From positions 1,812,951-1,876,950 of the forward strand of contig NW_003314287.1 in the NCBI RefSeq assembly GCF_000143415.4: a stretch of 64,000 nt of DNA, read 5' to 3'. The notes under the pieces are model-generated. The model was not told the DNA's origin and made no database searches. It worked only from the letters and a program-made list of their open reading frames with translations. Made by a program: the position numbers and the translations under genes. Positions within the stretch are counted from its first letter, which is position 1; each line of letters starts with the position of its first letter. The stretch is from Selaginella moellendorffii. Its lineage: Eukaryota > Plantae > Lycopodiophyta. This document shows, piece by piece, positions 24,792 through 37,110 of this stretch.

Positions 24792-26802
24792 ATGGCGGTA
24801 CTGGCGTTGCGATCCACGGCATTTGCAGGGAGCGCCGGGATTCACCGACGATCGTGGCGTCCAGCGACGGCGGAGGCGAGATTGGGATTTGGAATCGCCA
24901 AGCCCGGCGAGGGAGCAGTCGCAGGTTCGTCCTTCTTGTTTCTGTGAGTTCTTCGCTGGATTCCTGGTGAATGCGGGGCGTCGCATTCGATATTTCGCTC
25001 TTTCTCACTCTGGATCTGTCTGTTTTTCTCAGGGATGAAGGCTGGATCTTTCTCTCTCGTGAACACGCCGACGCATCGATCACATTTTCCTTCTTTGATA
25101 GCACACAGGTAAGCTAAGCATTCTAGAATTTCTCTCGATCGTTGCTTTGGTTTAAACTGGTGCTATATAGAAGAGAAAGGCCCGTGGAATGCCATGCAGC
25201 AGCCAGTGCTGGAGAGATTCCCGAGAAGGAATTGTCTACGTTTGAAAGAGTTGTGGAACTCTTGACAACCATGTTTCCAGTCTGGGTACGCCTTGCATCA
25301 AACCTTGTTCTTCTCTGATTTGTTTCTGCCCAGGTTATACTGGGAACTGTCATTGGCATTGTAAAACCAACTGCGGTAAGCTTGCGAATGGCTTGGATTT
25401 CTCGTGCTTGACAATCTTTTGTGTTATAACCAGGTAACCTGGCTACAGACCGACTTGTTCACTGTAGGCTTGGGATTTCTCATGCTCTCTATGGGATTAA
25501 CTCTTACGTTTGATGACTTCCGCCGATGCCTGAGAAATCCCTGGACGGTATGATGCAAAACTTTGTGTTGCAGTTTGATTTCCCTCGCGTTTTTTTGTTT
25601 CTACGCAGGTTGGTGTTGGTTTTTTGGCTCAATATGCTGTGAAGCCTATACTGGGATTTCTGATCGCATTGGTAATGAAGCTATTTAAGTTTTACTGGGA
25701 CACATCTTTGAGCATCTCTTCGATTATAACAGAGCTTAAAATTATCCGCACCACTGGCAACAGGTCTCATTCTCGTTTCTTGTTGTCCAGGAGGCCAAGC
25801 TTCAAACGTGGCAACGTATATTTCTAAGGGCAACGTCGCTTTGTCGGTGTTGATGACAACGTAATGTATATCCTTCTCATTTTTGGCAAAGAGGCTTGAA
25901 GACTTTATCTATCGTTGCAGATGCTCTACTATTGGCGCGATTTTAATGACTCCATTGCTGACAAAAGTGCTTGCGGGTCAGCTTGTCCCAGTGGACGCGG
26001 TGGTGAGTCTCTTTCGAAATCATCGAGTGTCGATTTGATGGCATTGAGAATTCATACAGGGGCTGGCAGTGAGCACATTTCAGGTGGTCCTGGTCCCCAC
26101 AATTATTGGAGGTAAGCGCTTCAGCTTGTTGTTCGAAAGCCTCTCATCAATTCTGTTGCTGTTTACACAGTTCTTTCGAACGAGTACTTTCCAAAGTTCA
26201 CGCAAAAGATAGTCACGGTGACACCTCTCGTGGGGGTTATTCTGACAACACTTCTCTGCGCTAGTCCCGTGAGTCTTATAGAACTTAATTCTTTCTTTTT
26301 CCTAGATGTAAAGGCTGGAATGCTTTCAGATTGGTCAAGTGTCCGAGGTCCTTGTCACCCAAGGCACGCAGCTCATATTTCCGGTGGCACTCCTCCACGC
26401 CGCCGCGTTTCTGCTGGGCTACTGGCTTTCGAAGCTCTGCAACTTTGGCGAGATGACTGCCCGGACAATTTCCATCGAGTGTGGAATGCAGGTACGTCGT
26501 TTCCACTGCATCCAAAAGTTTGTACATAGCTCATCCAGCTTTGCCTTTCCAGAGCTCCGCTCTCGGCTTCCTTCTCGCGCAGAAGCACTTCAGTAATCCT
26601 CTAGTCGCTGTGCCATCGGCCGTGAGCGTCGTCTGTATGGCTGTAAGTCACAGAAAAAACCGGAGTTCCTTTGGAGCTGACACGAACTAACGGTTTTCTC
26701 GTTTGGAAATTTCTTTTCTCGCAGTTGGGAGGAAGCGGTCTGGCAGTTTTTTGGAGAAATCGTGCTCTTCCCAAAGACGACAAGGACGATTTCAAGGAAT
26801 AA
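24792..26802 (+). CDS. BASS2: Plastid bile acid:sodium symporter family pyruvate transporter
   Basis: Transit peptide, [73 protein letters not shown] and the C-terminus DDKDDFKE*. Confidence 0.94.
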
Positions 26803-27519
26803 GGAAGAACTTTTCACAAACAAGTTTTGGTTACTACTGCTCAAACGATCGTGAGTGTATTGTTTTTAGCAACTTTCTTTGGATGTCTTATTATTAGCAT
26901 ATTCTCGGGCATCGATATGGGTGGGGCATTTCTCTCAATGTAAGCTTTGTATTGTTGCGATCATCGCCGTCGTTGAGCGTTTCAAACGTTTATCACGAGC
27001 GCACCAACGCATTATTCCCACCCGTATATCCTAACAGCTGCCACGTCATCTCTGTGGCTAATCCACGTCATCGGCATGCACACTCGTGGCGCGATCGTCG
27101 CCGTCGGTTTGTCCACCGCCAGTGCCAGATACAAGACCTAACCCTAAGCTGGCAATGCCATTTCGCCATAGCCAAGGGGAAGCCCTAGAGCAGGAGCGTT
27201 CTTGACTAGGGATTACTGTGCGTCTAGCGCGAGGGATTGCGATTGTCGATGCCGATGCTCATGGCGCTGTCGACTGGGGGTGATTTCGCCTTGGCGCCGC
27301 GGCGAGTGTGGTGAATTTCGCGAAGAAATTTCGGCGCTTTTCTGCGATTTTCTTCTTCGAGGCGCTTGGACAACTCCGGCTCTCTCCAGGTGTGTTTTCC
27401 CTGTCTTGGACGCCGCCAGGGCGTATTCTTGACAAAGGTTTCGATGAACTCCAAGATTCTAGCTCTAGCGCTCACACAAGCTCCACTCTTTGTGAACAGG
27501 GAAATTTCGGCAGCCTCGC

Positions 27520-28485
27520 ATGGTTAAGGTCACAATGTCCGGGGAAGATCGCTTCGAAGTCGGGTACGCGCTGGCCCAGAAGAAACAAAAGAGCTTCGTG
27601 CAGCCGTCGCTGGTGGAGCATGCACGGAGCCGCGGGATCGATCTGGTGTGCATTGATCTCGACAAGCCACTGGTGGAGCAGGGCCCCTTCGACGCCATCC
27701 TCCACAAGCTCTCGGGCAAAGAGTGGCACAAGGAGCTGGAGGAATACGAGAAGAAGCACCCGGATGTGATCATCATCGACTCGCCGGACGCGATCGAGCG
27801 GCTCCACAACCGCATCTCGATGCTCCAGGCGGTGTCGGACCTCCAGGTGGGCGACGAGCAGGAGACCTTTGGGATCCCCAAGCAGTCGGTGATGGACAGG
27901 TCGGATTGCCTGGGCGATCTCAAGGCGATGAGCGGCCTCAAGTTCCCGGTGATCGCCAAGCCACTGGTGGCCGATGGCAGCGCAAAGTCCCACGCCATGT
28001 CTCTCATCTTCAACCAAGAGGGTCTCACCAAGCTCAAGCCGCCGGTTGTCCTCCAGGAATTCGTCAACCATGGTGGCGTCATCTTCAAGGTGTACGTGGT
28101 GGGCGACTACGTCAAGTGTGTCAAGCGGAGGTCCCTCCCGGACGTGCCCGAGGACGAGCTCAACCGGTCGGAGGCGCTGTGCTTCTCGCAGATCTCCAAC
28201 ATGGGATCGACCCAGCAGTGCGGGGCGTCGGACTACCTCCAGGCGGAGCTCCCGCCGACCAAGTTCGTGGCAGAGCTGGCCAAGGGATTGAGGGAGAACT
28301 TGGGGCTCCGGCTCTTCAACTTCGATCTCATCCGGGACTCCAAGGCCGGGAACCACTACCACGTCATCGACATCAACTATTTCCCCGGCTACGCCAAGAT
28401 GCCCGCGTACGAGACGGTGTTGACGGACTTCTTCCTCAGCCTGGCCAAGCTCAAGGCCTCGTCCAACACTCCGGTTGCCAATTAG
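27520..28485 (+). CDS. ITPK1: Inositol 1,3,4-trisphosphate 5/6-kinase (ATP-grasp), intronless
   Basis: [78 protein letters not shown]. Confidence 0.95.
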   Translation: MVKVTMSGEDRFEVGYALAQKKQKSFVQPSLVEHARSRGIDLVCIDLDKPLVEQGPFDAILHKLSGKEWHKELEEYEKKHPDVIIIDSPDAIERLHNRISMLQAVSDLQVGDEQETFGIPKQSVMDRSDCLGDLKAMSGLKFPVIAKPLVADGSAKSHAMSLIFNQEGLTKLKPPVVLQEFVNHGGVIFKVYVVGDYVKCVKRRSLPDVPEDELNRSEALCFSQISNMGSTQQCGASDYLQAELPPTKFVAELAKGLRENLGLRLFNFDLIRDSKAGNHYHVIDINYFPGYAKMPAYETVLTDFFLSLAKLKASSNTPVAN

Positions 28486-29260
28486 CAGCAGCGGCAAGAT
28501 CGCTCGCTCGCTCGCTCGCTCGCCCAGCAGCAACACGCAACCGTTCTACTCTTCTCTCTCGAAGTGCTCAAGCTAGAGCCCGTACGACTCGACTCTTTGG
28601 AAGGAGCTCCAAAAGGATCATTCCAGCAGGCGACCCGGACGAAGAATAAGGCACAGGACTTGGGTGGAGGATGATGCTAATGATTTTGGGTGGAGGCTCG
28701 GCATCGAAAAAAGACGATGGAAGAGCCTTTTGGCGGAAAAAAGTTTGGGGGTGGTCGCCTCGCATCGTCGCGAAGAACACACAAGGAAAAAAGACGCACA
28801 AAAAAAAAAGAGGAGGAAAAATCGTCCAAGACAAACACAGCCAGCAATTTTGTGGAGCACTGGCATTTGGGTTTCTTCATCTTTTCGATGTAGATAGGTT
28901 TCTTTCTAGTCTCTGTAATTTTCTCTTTGTGCCACCCTTTAATAAAGTGTAAAAAGAGTTTTCCCCCCTTGGTTTTGAAAATTAGGGTTCTTGGTTGTTT
29001 CTTAGGGTTTAAGCGCTTCGTCGAGAATGCTGGATGATCCACGCCCGGATCGCCGATTAGGAGGCGCGCACGGGATTCTTAGCGATGGCACCAGGTCTGG
29101 GATTGAGATTCTTGTCACAAGCGCTTATAATGAATGTTTTCGTTTTTCTTGTACTGGTACATGTCAAAAGAAGAAACAACAGTGAGATCGAGGAGAGATT
29201 AGCAAGCAGGAGAGGGGCGATCGGTCGGTCGGTCATTCCTTCCGCGCATTCTTCTTTCTT

Positions 29261-32200
29261 TCACGAGGTGAGTTGCTTGGAACCAGCGTTTCCGAGCAAC
29301 GCCTCTGCATGAACTGCGCGGGGGCTACTGGCATTGCTGCTGCTGTCGGAGAACGATCCAAAGGGAGTCTTGGTGAGCACCGCGGTTGGAGATGGCATCC
29401 GGGACGTCTCCCTGGAGCTGCTCTCCCAGCCATCGCCAAGTAAGTTAAGTCCAGGTGAGCTCTTGCAGTGATCGCGAGGTGTGCTGGATTGGAGAACCTC
29501 GGCTAGTGGACCACCTTCTAAAGATTGCATCCAGGTTTGCTGCTGCTGCTGCTGCTGCTGCCGGCTTCCACCGCCGAGGCCAACACCGAGTCCCATTCTC
29601 GTTGGATCGCCACCGAGCTGGTCTTCCTCGAACTCGCTCCTGGACATGGAGAGCTTGAGCGGGGAGAGCGATAACTTTCCTCGTGGAGAGGTGGCGACGC
29701 GGAAGTCCGACGATGACATTGGTAAGGAGATTGAGAGCTGTGTTGCGGACGTTGTTCTTGGGATTGTTGTGGTTCCTCCTGCTCCGGGTGCTGTTACTGC
29801 CGTGGGTGGTGTTGCTGCTCGCTGTTGGTTTTGGTGTTGGTGCTGTTTCTGATCGTCTTCTATGTCATTCCAGGAGATTGTGGAGGGGTCCCTCTGACGG
29901 GGCCAGTCGTCAAAGAAGTGGCGGAGTGGCTGTTCTTCGCAGTCCCTCCCAACATGCTCCAGTCCTGCTGCTGCTGCTGCTGCTGCTGTAGGTCCTCCCC
30001 CGTACCCAGGGCCTAGTAAAGGTTGTGAGAGGTGGTTAATCTGGCTTGCTTCAGGCATTTCAAAATGCTGCTGGCCTGACAGTGATCTAAGTTCCTGCTG
30101 CTGGTGCTGGTGCTGGTGCTGGTGCTGGTGGTGCTGGGGGTACAGAGGTGAACTGGGGCTGTTGTTGCTGCTGCTGCTGCTTAGTCGTGGGAATTTACTC
30201 TGGAAGTTTTGCTGCCATTGGTGATGCACGGAAGAAAGTGGGGAATCTGAGAATAGCAGCTGCTCAGGTCCCAATCCCAGCTCTGGCTTACTCATTCCAC
30301 TCATGTACCTGGAGCAGGGAAAGCAAAAGCACACAGAGAGAGCAGGATTTTAGTCACAGGCGAACAGAGACGGCGGGGCTTGATGAGCATGAGTGGCACT
30401 TGCACTCACCAGGAACTGATAGTACCTGTAGTCTTTGTTCCCTCCAGGAGATGCACCAGAGAGAGACTGCATTGGGAACTGCAGGGAGCTGCCAGAGTTG
30501 TTCCCGCTGGGAATGCCCGTAGGGAGGGAACTGAAGTTGGACTTGGTGGGGGTGCCCGAGTTGAAAGGGGAAGCTGCTGCTGCTGCTGCCGCTGCTGCTC
30601 CGACCGACGGATGCTGGTGATGATTCTGTCCGTTCATGCCCAGAGGTGGCCGCAAGCTGCTGTGGATCTGATTCAAGCCCGAGCTTTGGACGACACCACC
30701 GACGTTGGTCGCTGACTGGGTGGTGGTGTTTCCACCTGCGGCAGCAGCTGCCGCCGACTGGGAATTCGCCGCCGCCGCTGCAGCTGCTGCTGCTGCCTGG
30801 TTCTCGGCGTTCTTCTTGGACCTGTTACGGCCCCGGTGCATATGACGATCGCAGTACTTTTGGTCCGGGACGACTTCCCTGGAGCACCTCCACTTCTTGC
30901 CGTCTGTTCGTCGGCACCGACCAGGCTCCGGGTCGGGATTGTTCGGAATTCCAAGGTGGAAGTTTCCCCAGCCCACTGCACAGGAAAGCAAGGAGATCTT
31001 TAGAGTTGCCAGTGGTGCAAGGTGCTGAGAACAGCGAGGAGGCAGTCGAGCAGTGAAGTGAAGGGAGAAAGGCAGCAGGCACTCACTTCTTAGCGACGGA
31101 TGCGAAGACGCGAGATTATTCAATGCAACGCTGCGCCTGATTGGATTGAGCAGCTCGGGGGGCACGCTGGCACCAGCCATCATGTACTTGAAAATCAGCG
31201 CCTGGTGTTCTAGCTCGGCCCACTGGTTCGCAGTGAAAGGACCGCGCATGCTCATTGCGCTCTGCATTCCTAGGTGGTCTCCTCTAGCGGCAGCTGCAGC
31301 AGCCAACATGAGCGGCGAGCCTGGCAAAGACAAGACAGAGAAAAGAGTTATATCAGCGCAGCCAAGCCTCGCTACTGCTACGAACTACTGCTACTAGTGC
31401 CACTGCCACTGTTCATTCCAACCCTCAAGTTTCCGGATGGAGGAAAACTCGGCGGCGAAAGACAGGACCGGAGAAAAATAAGCAGCAGCAATCAGGGGAT
31501 CACGGTCGGATGGGGGGCGCTTGTATATCTTTGGAAGGTCCCAATCGGCTCGACAAGCATTTGTAATTGCTTGCTAAATGCCGACAAAATCCTGGCATTA
31601 TGGTGGAGGCAATGTGCGGCACTTTCGAGCTGATATATCTGCATATATCAAACCGGGGAAGAGAAGGGACGAGATAAACAAAGGCAGCAGCGGGAGTTCT
31701 CTACAGTATCTCTACATGGAAAGACGAGAAGAAGAAGAGGGGGAGGAAAACGAGGCCGAGAATGTGGAAGCAGGCAATTCAGGCAGTGGACTCACCGGAA
31801 GCTCCAGGATACTGATACGATTGATACGAGAAAGGCCTCATGTTGGAGTTGGCAGCAGCGAGATTGTAACTGGAGCCGGGGCTGGCCATTGCATCGCTCC
31901 TCAGCATCCGGGTGTCTCCTCCCATGAGATTGGCAGCAGCAGCAGCGTCACTTGCGACGAGTACTCCATCGGACAAGCAAGAGTTTGTGGGAGAGCAGGC
32001 GATACGGCTGCCACCATTATCTCCTGAAAACGAGTGGCTTCCAGCTGGTCCATTATTATTATTATTTGCAGCAGCAGCAGCAGGAGCACCACCTCCGCCA
32101 CCAGAGTTCATGTTGAGCTTGCCAACGTGCTGCTGCTGCTGCTGCTGCTGCTGGGAGTGCTGGTGCTGCTGGTGCTGTTCCGCTGCTGAAGGCCTCGAGT

Positions 32201-32435
32201 ATGAGAAGGAGTCCTTGCGGGCCAGCTTGAGCGGGCCGCCATCGTCCCGGGCGTCGACTTCGACATCGGAGCTGGATCTGCATTGCTTCATCGAGGAAAG
32301 ATTAGGAGAGAGTGGGCCGGAGCTTGTACCGCTGCTGTTGTAGCTGGATGGCATCCTGTTATCCGGGGAGAGGACGCCAAGGCTGCTGCAAATGCCAAGG
32401 CCAGGAGAAGATGAGTTTTGGTGAAGCAAGTCCAT
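29261..32435 (-). CDS. GRF: Growth-regulating factor (QLQ + WRC transcription factor), 4 exons
   Basis: QLQ ([26 protein letters not shown]), WRC ([39 protein letters not shown]), FFD (LRHFFDDWP), TQL (TQLSISLP) and GGPL (GGPLAEVL). Exons are about 32435-31796, 31321-31087, 30975-30427 and 30308-29261. Confidence 0.95.
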
Positions 32436-33539
32436 TAACTCTTTTCTCTTTCTTCTTCTCCTGCTTCTCTTCTTGTCCTCCCTCTCTCTCTTCTCCTTTT
32501 TTCTTTTTTCTTTTTTCCTTTTTTTTTTTGTCTTTCTAACTTTCTTTTGATTGTGCAGGCTAATCAACCATATACCTCTATGGATGAAATGGATGGAAAT
32601 GTGCAGTGAAATACGCCTTAATTCCAGGTACCCATTTGTCTGCTTTGTCCTTCCTTGACTCTGCTCGATCTCTTGCCGTGCAGGCTGTATATATCCTGCT
32701 TGCTGCTCTTGAGCCTTTGCTCTCGGAAACTCGTCGCAGATCTGGCAATGCAATCAAGCCGCAGTAGCCTGCTGCACAAACATATATATTGCCGGTGCTG
32801 AAACGCTGCGATCTTTGATCTTAACTTTCTTCTGGCGAGTTCTCATTCCAGTGCTGCTCGATTGCCAGTGCTCAGGCTCCGCAGCGGCAGCGGAGAAAGG
32901 AAGAGAACAAGGGGGAGCGGACTGGGAGAGAAATCAAGCTGAATTGGAGCAGTGGTCGACTTTGACGCAGTGCGCAGCAGCAGCCATCCAGAGATATCTA
33001 TCTACGTGTGAGAGTGGAGGTAAGAAGTACTGTCGAGTGCTCTAAAAGGTGGCTGCTTCTCACCTCACACACATCAGGCAGACAAAACTGCAGGAATGTG
33101 GAGGGATAAAAGGGAGACGAGAAGAATGAGGAGAAGGAATCCTGTCGCTGCTCAAATTCCCGAGGGCAATGAGGGCCGTCAGGCCCTGAGCTGAGCCGAA
33201 CTGAGCTGCAAGATTGAAAGGAGGAAGAAGAAGAAAAGCTCACGCCCCCAAAGGTAAGAAGTAGTAACTAGTGCTATCCTCTCATTCCTCTACTAATGTG
33301 TGCAGCACCAGTCCTTCCCACAGTTCCCACACAGAGAGGAGAGAAAAAGAGAGAAGCAAACTAACTTCGCTCAGTTTCAGTTCAGCTCCTGCCTGCTTGC
33401 AGCTGCTTCTGCTCCTGTTTCTGCTACTGCTCGCCTGTTGGCTGCTGCTGCTGTTCCCAAAGGACGCGGACTAAGAAGCAGTAGAGCACTACTGCTGGTT
33501 AAGAGAGAGACCTTCCCAACACTTTAGTGTGAAGAGAGA

Positions 33540-33596
33540 GGCACACTGCCTGTGCTGCTGCTGCTGCTGCTGGGGACTGTGTCACTGCAAGAGTGA

Positions 33597-33629
<33 letters not shown>

Positions 33630-33850
33630 TGTGTGGGAGCAAGCGAGTGAGTGAGCGAGTTAAACCCAGTGTGGAAGGAGCGACCAAGCGTGTAACTCTA
33701 GGAGCGTGTGAGTGAGAAAAGAGAGAGGACCTCAGGGAGGGCAAATGAACAAGTGAGTGAGAGTGTGTGTGAGGAAGCAACCAAGGAGGACTAGGAGTCT
33801 CTCTTTCTCACTCTCACTCTCACCCCCCTCTCTCTCTCTCTCTCTCAGAG
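33540..33850. repeat. Compound microsatellites (CTG)n, (GT)n(GA)n and (CT)n upstream of GRF
   Basis: Directly visible runs at about 33552-33571, 33596-33630 and 33828-33846. Confidence 0.8.
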
Positions 33851-36809
33851 CTGGACAAGAAAAAGAAGAGCCACTTGGCTAGAGACTTTCTACTAGGTGC
33901 TAGTCCAGGCAGAGGGACAAAACAGCATCCATGCACACAGCAACAGGTAGATTGATAGATAGGATGGACACAAAATGGGAGCAAGAAGCAGAAGAAGCAG
34001 CCCTGGAGCTAGCAACAGTGGTGTGCTCACTGGGGGAGGAGCAGCAGCAGGATCCTGGTGAAAGAGCAAAGGGGGCCTATATAGTGTTTAGTGGGGTCTA
34101 GCAGCTGCTGCAGCTGCAACCAACAGGAGGGGAGGAGTAGGGGGCTCCAACATTGCAAATCTGCAGCTCATCCTGATCATGGTGGGATCAGGAAATCCAT
34201 AAATATGGCTGATTCAACTAATAAAACCTGGGGATTAGAGTGGGCTGGTACGCTATACGGCTGGGAGAGAGGGAGAGAGCAGCTGATTCTCCTCTAATTG
34301 CCTGCCTTGCTTTATCTTATTTTCTTTTGTTTTGGGGAGTTGGGGAGATTTTTCTGTCCAAGTGCTGGTTGACAACACTGGCTCCCTTATTTTATTCCAA
34401 TCCGGACGCCAACCCGCGCCTCCAATCCGCCTTAATCCCGCGGCCAAGAACACGTTACAAATGCACAAAGTTTGTGTACCTCCTCTCCTACGCCTAGTGT
34501 GTCCAATGGAGACGGGAAGGGGGCGTGTGTCAGGTTTGGCTGGCTCCCGCTGCCAAATTGGGCTTAGAAGCCTCCCCACATTTAGAGACCAAAAGCTTGG
34601 AGCTTGGACCAAACCGTAGAGTGAGAAAGAACAGCTGCAGGCCTCAAGTATAACTTGATCAGAGAGAGATCAGAGCAGGAATTGAATGACGCTTGTTTTG
34701 TTTGTTTGCTTCCACGCTTCATGGTGGCCTATAGATCCTCCTCCTCCATGCAATCCCAGCGCACACTTCCTCTTGAAGAAGTGCTATCACTCCATAACAT
34801 AGTACTCCACCAAAAGGTGAGTAAGGTGGGGGAAGCAAGCAATTCATTCATTCGATCACATTCATCGCATTCATAGAGAAGAAACATCTGCTCCAGTCCC
34901 GGCACTCGAATTGTGTGGGAGGAGAGGTCTTGCACAAAAAGTACGCAGGCTCGAGGGCCTCGGCCAACTTTTTGGGCCGCCATCAAAGTTTGGCGCCTCT
35001 TTTATGACTCCCGTGGAAATCTCACAAGCCTCACCGCAGCAGCAAGCCCCTTTTCTCCCTTCTGGTTTCCGCTTGCTGCTCTCTGCCAACATGCCAGGCG
35101 AATCCTCATGTGGTATTTGCTGCGCTCTCTTTGTCTTTTGGGCGCCCCTGCACCAAAATGCCTCTTCCCGTGAACTTTCCTTCTTAGAATTCCAAACAAA
35201 TCATAAGAGCCTCAGGAATCTTTCATTCATGCTCACTCACACAACATTGAATCGCTCGAATCTAAGCCCCTGGATGTGTACATATTCCTTCTCCTTCTAG
35301 CTGCGAAATCAAGGCAAAGGCATACAAAGGTGGCGAGAAAGGTGTTCTTGGGACATAACTTACCAATGTTGAAAATTTTGCTAATTAGCAGCAGCAGCAC
35401 CACCACCACCACCACCTCACTGCTGCAAAGTCTATTACCTTACCTGCCAAGATGCATGACGTGGTAAAAGTGACATGTCTTTACCGCGCTGGCGAGCGAG
35501 AGCGATAAAAGGGTGAATCCCCTATTTACCACGAGCAAGGGTGACGTGTAGGGATAAAGCGACCCTCTGACGCATATTTCAACACCCGCAGTAAATGGCA
35601 GTCCAGTCCGATTTTGACTGCAAGGGTAAAAGAGTCCCTCCTCATAAAAAAAAGTACATTTTACCCTTTTTTTTTACCATTAAAAATTCCAAAGAATCTT
35701 TAATTTATCTGAAAATGAGAAAAATCATAAAAACGAAGAAAAACAAAAGCCTGGCAGCCCCACCGGCAAGGCACAGTTACTGCTGATTTACCAGTGTAAG
35801 AACACACGAAGTCGGAATTGGGGGGTTGAAAAGAGGCCGCACGGCTGCCGCTGGAAACTTCGGGTGCCAGGGCACCAACGGCCGGGATCGCCCGCAGCTC
35901 CGGGACGGACGGCCAGGATGCGCGCGCCATGTGAACTGCCGCCCGCCCGGCACCGTCAGTCAGGTGGCTCACACAAATGCCTGAATTGAATGGCCACCTG
36001 CCGTGTTTCGTGAAAACCCAACATTTGCCATTCAATCTCCATTAATATAACATCACACACATCAAAGTACCATTCCTGCCATGCCAAACATATTAGAGTT
36101 AATCAGATGGCTAATCCTTCCCAAACCCAGGAATGGAATTGGAACTTGGAAGGAGGAATGGAAGGGAACCCTGTTAATTTCAACGTTTTGGTACGGTACG
36201 GGGAGACAAGAGGTACTTTGGCGCGGGCTTTTAATCCCGATTACTGGGGGCCACAGTCATTCCAAGGCCGACAGCATGGATTAGATTGTCTCTGGTGGCT
36301 TCCGTACACACACATATGCACTCACAGGGCTGTTCCTCTTATCCTTGTTCTGGTTGGTGTCACTATTTGTGTGGAAGGCACCATTATTTTGCGGAATTTG
36401 CAATTGCGTCGCCCTGGTGATTTTGATTTTGATTTCGATTACGATCCCAGGGCTGGAAGCTGGAAATTCTCGCAGGCTCGCAGGCTCTCAGGTTTGGTGG
36501 TTGCGTTGCGTTGCGTTGCGCCTCTCGCTGTTCTTGGCCTTGACTTTGTGCCTGTACGGAAGCCCCGACACGCAGATTCTCCGGGTATTTCTCGAGGGAG
36601 CTCCTTTGCTTCTCCGGCTATTATTGCACCACCAAAAACAGCCATTCACGTCGTCTACGGTCTACCTGTCTTTCCATCCCCATGGAAGGTAATACTAGAA
36701 ACAAAAAAAACAGGGAATTTTTTTTATAGAAAAAGCTATTATATACTTTTTCTCTTTTTTGAAATATCCAAACACGTTGCAATCGGAGGGAAAACGCCTG
36801 GCCAGTGGG

Positions 36810-37110
36810 AGCGGGCCACGTGTAACGCAAGGACGCACCGACGACGTCTAAACACATGGGGGAGTGGGCCCCAACACGGACCTGACTGACGGCCGTCAGG
36901 GCCCCTGACTGACGGCTGTCACAGGCGTCCCTTTGGCACGTCAGTTTGAAGGGCGACCTTTAGTCACGCGCATGTGCACGCCGGGCCCACCCCAGTTGAC
37001 GCCGTTCCGGTTGACGGCGTTAGGGCAAGGGGGCCCCACCTTTAAAGCGCCATGTGCCGCCCTGACACACCTGTCAGTGATCTGACGGTAAAAGGCTTTT
37101 ACCGGCCGAC
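36810..37110. promoter_or_regulatory. Cluster of TCP-type (GGNCCCAC), G-box and tandem TGAC motifs; candidate enhancer
   Basis: GTGGGCCC 36864, GGGCCCAC 36983, GGCCCCAC 37032, CACGTG about 36817, a duplicated CCTGACTGACGGC (36881, 36904) and many TGAC/GTCA cores. Confidence 0.4.

Noticed and set aside
27472-28649. Long antisense and alternative-frame ORFs (354 aa, 308 aa) over ITPK
   Set aside because: GC-rich codon usage suppresses stops; no recognisable protein features.
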